Source: Candidatus Latescibacterota bacterium (lineage in GTDB: Bacteria; Latescibacterota; UBA2968; UBA8231). Taken from it: 64,000 nt of DNA. Of the stretch, positions 56,262 to 64,000 are shown piece after piece. A program made the translations under genes and the position numbers. The DNA lies in assembly GCA_965243025.1 (NCBI GenBank), contig CBDETY010000003.1:2016001-2080000 (forward strand), in the 5' to 3' direction. How positions within the stretch are numbered: the first letter of the stretch is position 1; every line of letters starts with the position of its first letter. A model generated the notes under the pieces. The model had not been told where the DNA came from. It ran no database searches and worked only from the letters and a program-made list of their open reading frames with translations.

Positions 56262-57335
56262 TCACCCCGAGTTCAACAGCTCGTCGAGCCGCAGGGAGTC
56301 GGCGTAGGCGAAAAGCGCCGGGAGGCCCCCGGTATGAAGAAAGACCACTGCCCCTCCGGCGACCTTCCCCTGGCGCACGTGGTCGATCAGCCCCGACATC
56401 GCCTTGGCGGTATACACCGGATCGAGCAGCAGGCCCTCCAGCCGCCCCGCCATCAGCATCGCCTCGCGCGCGGCGTCGGTGAGAACCGCGTACCCGGGGC
56501 CGATGTAGTCGGTCATGCTGACTATTTCCGCCGGCTCTACCGACGTCGAGATACCGAGGAGCTGCCCGCACTCGGTCGCCACCGAGGAGAGGCACTCCTC
56601 GAAGGTCCAGCCCGAGGTCACGGGCTCCGGAAGGGCCGGAAGGCCGACCACGCGGATGGGGGACTCGAGGTGCTTCAGTGCCAGGGCGATGCCCGCCTGC
56701 GTCGAGTCGGATGAGCAGAGCCAGATCTCGTCGATGCGGACTCCGGCCCGGTCCGCCTGGTCGAGCAGCTCGAGGGTGGCGGCGGCGTAGGAGACGGCGG
56801 ACAGCCCGATCCCGGACTCGTCCCCGACGCGGGCGACGAACACCTTGCGCCCGGACGCGGTGAGCTCCTCCCCCTTGGCCCGGACGCGGGCCCCGAGGTT
56901 CTCCCAGCTCCCTTCGTCCTCGGCGAGGTCGATCTGCGCTCCCACCAGCAGGTCGAGCAGCAGGCTCCCCTGAACCTCTCTGTCGCGCTCTCCCCGCACC
57001 TTGCGCAGCACGAGGTGGCACTCGAGCCCGAGCCTGGCGCAGCCGGCGGCGAGCTGGCGGCAGTAGTTCGACTGCACCGCGGCCCCGCCCACAACGGTGT
57101 CGGCCCCCTCCTCGAGGGCTTTCCCGAGGACGAACTCGAGCATCCGCGTCTTGTTGCCGCCTGTCGCCAGCCCGGTGAGGTCGTCCCGCTTGATCCATAT
57201 CCGGGGGCCGCCGAGAGTCCTGGACAATGCGGGGCAGTGTTCGAAAGGGGTCGGCAGGGCCGCGAGGGCGACTCTCGGCAGGCGGTCCAGTGCGGACTGC
57301 AGCTCCGCGCGCCTGCTGGCATTCTGTTCGTTCAT
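56262..57335 (-). CDS. D-cysteine desulfhydrase/ACC deaminase family PLP enzyme
   Basis: ATG at 57335 after AGGAGA; KRDDLTGLATGGNKTR, QSNYCR, LDPVYTAKA and FLHTGG motifs. Confidence 0.9.
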   Translation of the reverse strand: MNEQNASRRAELQSALDRLPRVALAALPTPFEHCPALSRTLGGPRIWIKRDDLTGLATGGNKTRMLEFVLGKALEEGADTVVGGAAVQSNYCRQLAAGCARLGLECHLVLRKVRGERDREVQGSLLLDLLVGAQIDLAEDEGSWENLGARVRAKGEELTASGRKVFVARVGDESGIGLSAVSYAAATLELLDQADRAGVRIDEIWLCSSDSTQAGIALALKHLESPIRVVGLPALPEPVTSGWTFEECLSSVATECGQLLGISTSVEPAEIVSMTDYIGPGYAVLTDAAREAMLMAGRLEGLLLDPVYTAKAMSGLIDHVRQGKVAGGAVVFLHTGGLPALFAYADSLRLDELLNSG

Positions 57336-57522
57336 GGGATAGTCTCCTGTCGCAGATGAAGCGACCAAGTTCGGCTCCACCGGCCAGCTCGCGCCAGCAC
57401 CTGCGGCTCGGCGGCCCCGCCCGGGGCAGGGCAAGTGCCCGCCTGGGAATCGGCCGGACTCCCGGGGTAACGCTCCTGCTGCCGGAACTCTCCAACCCCA
57501 CCCATCTCCCGAGCCCCCGACC

Positions 57523-59625
57523 ATGTCAGATTCGCAATTCCACCTGCACCCGGAAACCCCCTTCCCCGTAGGCGTCGAGTACTACCGGGCCCCCATCCCC
57601 AAACGGGAGGTCTGGGACGCGGACTTCGCCGCCATCCGGGCCGCGGGAATGCGGGTCGTGCGCAGCTTCAGCTTCTGGAACCACATGGAGCCGGCTCCGG
57701 GCCGCTACGAGCTGGAGGACTTCGACCTGATGTTCGACCTGGCCGAAAAACACGGCCTCCACGTCTGGCTCGACGTCACCCTGGCGACGCACGGCTCCTG
57801 CCCCGAGTGGCTGCTGCGCGAACACCCCGACATCCGCGCCGTGGACCGCCACGGCAATCCCCTGATGGTCTCGGGGAGCGCCGCGGCCCCGCAGGGAGCC
57901 ATCCTGCACTGCTACGATCACCCTGCCTGGGAAGAGTTCGGCGGCGCCCTGCTGCGGCACGTGGTGCACCGCTACAGGGACCGGGACAACCTCCTCGTAT
58001 GGGGCCTGTGGGACGGGGTGGCTCCGGGCAGGGCAGGGCCCGAGCCGTACCCCTGCTACTGCGAGCATTCCCTCGCCGCGTACAAGCGCTGGCTGCGGGC
58101 GCGCTACGACCTCGACGGCCTCAACCGCCGGCTCCTGCGCCGCTACCGCACCTGGGATGACGTCGCCCCCCCGCGCGACAACCACAACGTCGTCGAGATG
58201 ATGATGTTCCGGCGCTTCAACTGCGAGAACCTCGTCGAAAAGCTGAGGTGGATGGTCGCCGAGACCCGGGCCATCGACCCCCGCCACGAGGTGCGCGCCC
58301 ACGGCGTCGTCATACCGCAGCCCTGGCACGAGGCCTGCGCCGCCGAGGTCGACAGCTGGGGCATGTCGATGTCGTCGAACAACCTGCTGACCTCCGACCC
58401 GTACCGGATCGCCTTCAACGCCTTCGGCTTCGACGCCTCCCGCGGCCTCGCCCCGAACGGACGCTGGTGGAACGAGGAGATATACGCCGGCATGGCCAAG
58501 GGCGGGGTCACCTGGAAGAAGCAGTCCGCCCCGCAGGAGCTGACCGCCCTGCTCTGGCTGACCCTCGCCGGCGGCGCCTGCGGCTGCATGTTCTGGCAGT
58601 ACCGCCCCGAGTATCTCAGCTTCGAGTCCCCCGGGTACAACCTCGCCGCCCTCGACGGGAGGCCGACGCCGCGGCTGCGGGCGGTCAGCAGGGCGATCGC
58701 GCGCATCGAGGGGATGAGGGAGCACCTGCCCGTCGACTGCGGCCGCGCCCGCGTCGGGATCGTCTACCACGCCCCGTCCCAGGAGCTGTTCGGCCTCAAC
58801 GGCGAGGCGCAGCGCTTCAGCTCCGACCTCACCGGTGCGTGGACGGCGTTGTGGCGGCACGGAATCGCCGCCGACCTCCTCACCCCCGCCATGGACTGGA
58901 CGGGGTACGACCTGCTGTTCCTGCCCAACCTCGCGCTCATGGACGGGGATGCGCGCCGGCGCCTGGAGCGGACCCTCGCGGAAAGCCCGGAAACCCGCTT
59001 CGTCGCCGAGGGCAGCTTCGGCCTGTACTCCGAGGACGGGCAGTCGAGCTACGACCCCCCGGAAGGGTTCGGGGAGCGGTTCGGGGTGCGTGTCGCGGAC
59101 TTCTCGCAGGTGACCGGGCTCGACATCGAGGAGGGGCGCAATCTCCTGCGCACCCCCCTGGCGGAGGTGCCGGTCGCCACCCCGTGCGGGTACGCCGTCC
59201 TCGAGCCGGAAGGTGCGTGCGAAAGCTGGGCCAGCCTCGACGGCCAGACCGTGGGGGTGCGGACCGCGGGCGGCCGCTTCACCTGGCTGGGTCTCACCCT
59301 GTCGGCCGGCTTCGCGGAGCAAGCGCCGCCGGAGCTGGTGCTGGGGCTGGCCGCCGAGGCCGGGGTACGCCCCCCGGTTCGGGTCGAAGGGGCGGAGGTG
59401 GTGCCGGTGGTGCGGCCCTCGCGACAGGGGGGCCGGCTGCTGTTTCTCCTCAACATGCGGCGGGAGACGGCGCGAGCGCAGGTCCGGACCGACTGGCAGC
59501 TTGAGGAGGTGGAAGACCTGTTCACCCGCAGCCCGGTGCCGCTCCGGGAGGACGGTGCCGGCTTCGAGATCGGCATCGACGGCTGGGAGATGGCGATCCT
59601 CCACTGCCGGGAGGTCGAGGGATAG
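57523..59625 (+). CDS. GH42-like (beta-galactosidase family) protein with trimerisation domain
   Basis: [28 protein letters not shown] and FWQYR motifs; canonical NE acid/base motif appears as DG. Confidence 0.8.
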   Translation: MSDSQFHLHPETPFPVGVEYYRAPIPKREVWDADFAAIRAAGMRVVRSFSFWNHMEPAPGRYELEDFDLMFDLAEKHGLHVWLDVTLATHGSCPEWLLREHPDIRAVDRHGNPLMVSGSAAAPQGAILHCYDHPAWEEFGGALLRHVVHRYRDRDNLLVWGLWDGVAPGRAGPEPYPCYCEHSLAAYKRWLRARYDLDGLNRRLLRRYRTWDDVAPPRDNHNVVEMMMFRRFNCENLVEKLRWMVAETRAIDPRHEVRAHGVVIPQPWHEACAAEVDSWGMSMSSNNLLTSDPYRIAFNAFGFDASRGLAPNGRWWNEEIYAGMAKGGVTWKKQSAPQELTALLWLTLAGGACGCMFWQYRPEYLSFESPGYNLAALDGRPTPRLRAVSRAIARIEGMREHLPVDCGRARVGIVYHAPSQELFGLNGEAQRFSSDLTGAWTALWRHGIAADLLTPAMDWTGYDLLFLPNLALMDGDARRRLERTLAESPETRFVAEGSFGLYSEDGQSSYDPPEGFGERFGVRVADFSQVTGLDIEEGRNLLRTPLAEVPVATPCGYAVLEPEGACESWASLDGQTVGVRTAGGRFTWLGLTLSAGFAEQAPPELVLGLAAEAGVRPPVRVEGAEVVPVVRPSRQGGRLLFLLNMRRETARAQVRTDWQLEEVEDLFTRSPVPLREDGAGFEIGIDGWEMAILHCREVEG

Positions 59626-59830
59626 GAGCGAGGGATTGGCCAGGGAGAGAGTGGGTTTCCCGTTCAATAAAGCGGCCGGTACTGCCGGGTGGACCGGACT
59701 TCCCCGGGATACGTTCCAGGCCCCGGTCGCCGACAGACCGGGACCCGTTCCCGCCTCCGGGCGTCCATATTTTCAAAACGATGACCAGCTCTCATCGCGC
59801 ACTTCTCACCGAACCGCAGGAGCCGATCCC

Positions 59831-60895
59831 ATGAAAACCGCCCTCGCCCTGACCCTGTCCCTGCTGCTGACCTCCGGCCTTCGATCCGCCGGCGCCGAAC
59901 AGGGGCAGGCGACCTTCGCCGGCGGCTGCTTCTGGTGCATCGAGGCCCCGTTCGAAAAGTACCCCGGCGTGATCTCGGCGGTCTCCGGGTACACCGGCGG
60001 GACCGAGGAGGACCCGACCTACAAGCAGGTCAGCTCCGGCCGCACCTCCCACATCGAAGCGGTGCTGATCACCTACGACCCGGAGCAGGTCGGCTACGAA
60101 GAGCTGATCAATCACTTCTGGCGCCAGTTCGACCCGACCGACGAGGGGGGATCCTTCTACGACCGCGGCCACCAGTACACCTCCGCGGTCTTCTACCACG
60201 ACGAGGAGCAGAAGCGGATCGCCGAGGCGACCCGGGCGGCGCTCGATTCATCCGGGCGCTTCGACAAGCCGGTGGTCACCCCGGTCCTGCCGGCGGGCAC
60301 CTTCTATCCGGCCGAGGAGTACCACCAGGACTACTACCGGAAAAACCCCGGCCATTACATGAGGTACCGCACCGGCTCGGGCCGCGACCGCTTCATCACC
60401 AGGATCTGGGGAGACGATCCGCCCGCATCCGCGATGCCGGGCAAGTCCTCGAGCAGCCGTTTCTCCAAGCCTTCCGAGGGGGTGCTGCGGCAGAAGCTGA
60501 CTCCCCTGCAGTTCGAGGTGACCCAGGAAGACGGCACCGAGCCCCCCTTCCGCAACGAGTTCTGGGACAACAAGCGGGAAGGGATCTACGTCGACATCGT
60601 CTCCGGTGAGCCCCTGTTCAGCTCGACCCACAAGTACCGCTCCGGCACCGGCTGGCCGAGCTTCTGGCAGCCGCTCGTGGCGGACAACATCGTCGAGAAG
60701 GCGGACAACAAGCTGTTCATGACCCGCACCGAGGTGCGCAGCAGGAACGGCGACTCCCATCTCGGACACCTGTTCAGCGACGGCCCCGAGCCGACCGGCC
60801 TGCGCTACTGCATCAACTCCGCTTCCCTCCGGTTCGTCGAGAAGGACCGGCTGGAAACGGAGGGCCTGGGGGAGTTCGCCCACCTGTTCGAGTAG
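59831..60895 (+). CDS. msrAB: Exported bifunctional peptide methionine sulfoxide reductase MsrA/MsrB
   Basis: ATG at 59831 after AGGAG; signal peptide; FAGGCFWC and AEEYHQDYY (MsrA); [12 protein letters not shown] and RYCINS (MsrB). Confidence 0.95.
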   Translation: MKTALALTLSLLLTSGLRSAGAEQGQATFAGGCFWCIEAPFEKYPGVISAVSGYTGGTEEDPTYKQVSSGRTSHIEAVLITYDPEQVGYEELINHFWRQFDPTDEGGSFYDRGHQYTSAVFYHDEEQKRIAEATRAALDSSGRFDKPVVTPVLPAGTFYPAEEYHQDYYRKNPGHYMRYRTGSGRDRFITRIWGDDPPASAMPGKSSSSRFSKPSEGVLRQKLTPLQFEVTQEDGTEPPFRNEFWDNKREGIYVDIVSGEPLFSSTHKYRSGTGWPSFWQPLVADNIVEKADNKLFMTRTEVRSRNGDSHLGHLFSDGPEPTGLRYCINSASLRFVEKDRLETEGLGEFAHLFE

Positions 60896-60922
60896 GGGGG
60901 GCTCGCAGTTTCACCCGGCATC

Positions 60923-60957
60923 AGGCGCCGAGCCACAGGCAAGGCGCCTTTTCTTTT
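60923..60957 (+). terminator. Probable intrinsic terminator after msrAB
   Basis: AGGCGCC...GGCGCCT stem followed by TTTCTTTT. Confidence 0.55.
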
Positions 60958-61100
60958 CCGGGCGCAGGGCTGTATTTCCTGCGTTACGGCGCGCTACCTG
61001 GCCGCTGCCCGTGGCTGGGATAACCCGGGCTTCTGGCCAGGTTTCCGGCGGCTCCGGGGTCGCCTTACCCCAATCCACTTCTCCGGCAGGACATCGACAG

Positions 61101-62345
61101 ATGAAGGTTACCGAAATCGAAGTTCACCAGGTTACGCATGAGCACCACGACTGGATCGCCTGGCAGCTCCTGCACTACGACGGTCCGCGGCGGAGCACGG
61201 TGTACGTCGCCCACACCGACACCGGGCTCACCGGTCTCGGCGAGAAGGGGGGCGCGCCCGAGCCGCAGGAGGTCCTCGACCAGTACATCGGCAGCAACCC
61301 CTTCAACTGGATCGGGGACGAAACCTCGATCGCCCTCGGGACGGCGATGTACGATCTCATGGGCCAGGCCGCGGGCGTGCCGGTGTACAAGCTGTTCGGC
61401 CAGAAGCACCGCTCCTGGGTGCCGGTCTCGAGCTGGACGGTGTCGACCTCGCCGGAGCGCATGGCCGAGGCGGTCAGGCGCTACGCCGCCCGCGGGTTCA
61501 CCTGGATGAAGTTCCACCTCTCCCCCTTCGAGAACGTCTTCGACCAGACCGAGGCTATGCAGGAGGTCGCCCCGCGGGGGTTCCGCATCCACTACGACTT
61601 CACCGGCGGCGGCACCACCGACCACATGCCGGACCTGCTCTCGCGGCTCTCCAGCTACCGGATCGCCGGCTGCTTCGAGGACAGCATCGACGAGAGGGAC
61701 GTCGAGGCCTCGATCGAGCTGCGCAAGCGGGTGCGCCTGCCCCTGGTGAGGCACCGCGCCGCCTTCGACGCGACCTACGAGGTGATGCAGGGCGCCTCGG
61801 ACATCTACATGCTCGGGCACTGCAAAATCGGCAAGGCGGTGGAGGCCGCCGGCCTGTTCGCCGCCGGCAACATCCCGTTCATGGTCCAGTGGGTCGGAGG
61901 CGGCATCACCCGCGCCATGGTCGCCCACATGATGGCCGCCTTCCCGTCGGCGACCTTCCACGCCATCAACGCCGGGGAAACCACCCGCACCGACGTCATC
62001 GAGGAGCGCTTCGAGCCGGTCAACGGTTTCGTGCGCGTACCGGAGAAACCGGGGCTGGGGGTCACCCTCGACCGCGGCGAGCTGGAACGGCTGTCTGCCC
62101 TGGAGCCTGTCCCCTGCGATCCCTGGATCATCCGCTCCCGCTTCGCCAACGGCGCGCGGATGTACCACAAGTACGACGTCAGGACCACCCGCCACTTCCT
62201 GATTCGCCCCGACTGGCGCCGGGGGAAAGTGCCGATGAGCTACGACTCCCCGATCACCACCGACTACTGGGACGACGACGGCTCCCCGGAGTGGCGGCAG
62301 ATGATGCAGCGCATCGAGACGGAAGGGATGGTTCTGGAGGGGTAG
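61101..62345 (+). CDS. Mandelate racemase/muconate lactonizing (enolase superfamily) enzyme
   Basis: ATG at 61101; AMYDLMGQAAGVPVYKLFG, WMKFH, HYDF, CFED and VPEKPGLGV motifs. Confidence 0.85.
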   Translation: MKVTEIEVHQVTHEHHDWIAWQLLHYDGPRRSTVYVAHTDTGLTGLGEKGGAPEPQEVLDQYIGSNPFNWIGDETSIALGTAMYDLMGQAAGVPVYKLFGQKHRSWVPVSSWTVSTSPERMAEAVRRYAARGFTWMKFHLSPFENVFDQTEAMQEVAPRGFRIHYDFTGGGTTDHMPDLLSRLSSYRIAGCFEDSIDERDVEASIELRKRVRLPLVRHRAAFDATYEVMQGASDIYMLGHCKIGKAVEAAGLFAAGNIPFMVQWVGGGITRAMVAHMMAAFPSATFHAINAGETTRTDVIEERFEPVNGFVRVPEKPGLGVTLDRGELERLSALEPVPCDPWIIRSRFANGARMYHKYDVRTTRHFLIRPDWRRGKVPMSYDSPITTDYWDDDGSPEWRQMMQRIETEGMVLEG

Positions 62346-62380
62346 AAGCCGGTCCCGCGGCGGTGCATCCTGGGGGCCGC

Positions 62381-62761
62381 CTACCCGGTCTCCCCGCCTT
62401 CCGGTACGTGCGCCGAGGCCAGGCCGATCCGGTTGCCTTCCGGGTCGCTGAAAAGGGCGAACGTCACCATCCCCGGTATCGTCGTCACCGGCACCACCGT
62501 CTCGCCCCCGAGTTCGACCGCCTTCGCGAGAGCAGCCTCGATGTCCTCCACCTGCACGTAGAAGGTCGCGTGCGGGGTGCCGGTCGGGCTTCCCCCGACG
62601 CCGCCGCCGATGCCCGGGCCATCCCCGTCCGCTTCCACAATCGCGTACGGCATCTCCGGAGCGGGGCTGCGGAGATCCCACTCGAACAGGTTCCTGTAGT
62701 ATGCCTGCAAGGCCTCGTGGTCCTTGCCGACGATCTCGAAATGCACGACCGGGTTCTTCAT
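62381..62761 (-). CDS. VOC (glyoxalase/bleomycin resistance) family protein
   Basis: NPVVHFEI, FYVQVEDI and FSDPEGNRIGL motifs. Confidence 0.92.
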   Translation of the reverse strand: MKNPVVHFEIVGKDHEALQAYYRNLFEWDLRSPAPEMPYAIVEADGDGPGIGGGVGGSPTGTPHATFYVQVEDIEAALAKAVELGGETVVPVTTIPGMVTFALFSDPEGNRIGLASAHVPEGGETG

Positions 62762-62943
62762 TTATCTCTCTCCTTCGCGGTGTTCGTTTTTTTCTCCCGG
62801 GTACGAACCGGGGGCGCCCGGAGGTCATCTGCATCCCGGGCGACGGGGGAGACTACGGGATTGGAAAACTACGGGATTTTTTTGAAAACGGGGGGCAGGG
62901 ACATTCCAGGCCCCCCGCTCGCGGCGCGGGGCCTTCCGCCGCA

Positions 62944-64000
62944 TCAACCAGGCGGGTCCCGGAGGCCATGCCGCTTGTCGATCTTGTCGCGCACCAGCTG
63001 GATGTGCAGGCGCAGGTTGTAGAGCTCGTCGGTGTAGGAAAGGGGCACCTCGACCCTGGCCGCCTCCTGCTCGATGCGGTCCAGCTCCTTCAGGGCCATG
63101 GCCGGGTCGCCGATCCCGGCGTCGACCGATATCTCCACGGCGGAAAGGTCGCGGTACCAGCGGTAGATGCGGGAGCGCACCTTCCAGCGGTAGGTGGGAA
63201 CGGCGATCCGGAACAGGGGCACGAGCAAGGTGACGAGGGGCAGCAGGAATAGGGCGGAGCGCTCGACGAAGACCGCGGCCCAGAACGGCAGGTAGCGCCG
63301 CAGGAAGGAGGGGCCGCGCTCGAAGTAGCGGCGCGCGTCCTCGATCAGGGGAAAGTCGAGGTGGTCGTCTGAGGGAAACTGGCCGGCCCGTTCGAAAAAG
63401 CCGCCCTTGCCGTGTACCTCAACCGCCGCCTGGAGCATCAGATCGGTCAGGGCGGGATGGAAGTCGGGGGGGACGACCAGGGTGGCCACCGGGGCCAGCA
63501 GGGTGACCGGACGGCCGGGGATGTTGCGCCGGAAGTCGATGGCCCCCTCGGGCAGGACGACGCTGGACAGGTAGCGGTAGCGGCTGAGGTAGGCGTCGAC
63601 CCGCGAGAAGCTGAGCAGCTCGATCCCGGGGTCGGCCAGCAGCTCGGCCACCACCGGGGCCCGGGGCGAGGCCACGAAGACCGCGGCGTCGACCGCCCCT
63701 TCCCTCAGTGCCTGCGCCGCAGGGGTTCCGCCGAGGTCGGACAGCCGCGTCGGAGGCTGGTCGAGGCCGTTCTCGCGCAGCAGGGTCAGGGCCAGGACCC
63801 GGGTGCCGCTGCCCTCGGGCCCGACGGCAACGGTGCTTCCCGACAGCTCCGTGAGCCGTTCCAGGGTCTCTGCTCCCCGGTGGAAAACCCACAGGGGCTC
63901 GTAGTAGAGGCTGGCAAGGTAAACCAGGCCGGCCTGGGAGGAGGCGTCCCCCACCCCGGTCTGGACGAAACCGACGTCGACCGCTCCTTCCCGCAGCAGC
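62944..64000 (-). CDS. TAXI-family TRAP solute-binding protein with C-terminal membrane segment, 5'-truncated by window edge
   Basis: Frame open to the window end; SLYYEPLWVF, VGPEGSGT, LPFWAA and YNLRLHI motifs. Confidence 0.85.
   Translation of the reverse strand, partial: LLREGAVDVGFVQTGVGDASSQAGLVYLASLYYEPLWVFHRGAETLERLTELSGSTVAVGPEGSGTRVLALTLLRENGLDQPPTRLSDLGGTPAAQALREGAVDAAVFVASPRAPVVAELLADPGIELLSFSRVDAYLSRYRYLSSVVLPEGAIDFRRNIPGRPVTLLAPVATLVVPPDFHPALTDLMLQAAVEVHGKGGFFERAGQFPSDDHLDFPLIEDARRYFERGPSFLRRYLPFWAAVFVERSALFLLPLVTLLVPLFRIAVPTYRWKVRSRIYRWYRDLSAVEISVDAGIGDPAMALKELDRIEQEAARVEVPLSYTDELYNLRLHIQLVRDKIDKRHGLRDPPG

Noticed and set aside
1-64000. tRNA, rRNA, integrase or transposase genes
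   Set aside because: None recognised by eye; GGTTCGA-like matches fall inside coding regions. A tRNAscan/Infernal run would be needed to exclude small RNAs fully

Overview
High-GC bacterial chromosomal segment of about 50 genes. The abundant PhyH dioxygenases, sugar enzymes, FlgD/T9SS-like tail and Bacteroidota-type TonB receptor/DUF4249 pair suggest an FCB-group organism such as Latescibacterota or a Gemmatimonadota relative (inference). Most of the window is catabolic: six PhyH-family dioxygenases, GH32, GH42-like and two unclassified beta-propeller glycosidase-like genes, two enolase-superfamily enzymes, several dehydrogenases and Fhs. Also present are an AbiE type IV toxin-antitoxin pair with a visible promoter/operator, a sigma54-controlled MacAB-type ABC export operon with promoter and enhancer palindrome, and periplasmic MsrAB. 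A decaying defence islet (about 23.9-30.6 kb) carries an AlbA_2/Schlafen-ATPase, a PIN remnant, a frameshifted type IIG RM enzyme and an HNH gene with an internal TAG; its left edge is an ~82-bp tandem repeat with paired direct repeats and perfect IHF boxes. Best leads: two dispersed secreted paralogs ending in the same SWARIKASL tail (candidate sorting signal), the IHF/repeat island boundary, a ferritin-like/PhyH/ribokinase operon, and two glycoside hydrolases lacking the canonical acid/base residue. No rRNA, tRNA or CRISPR array was seen.
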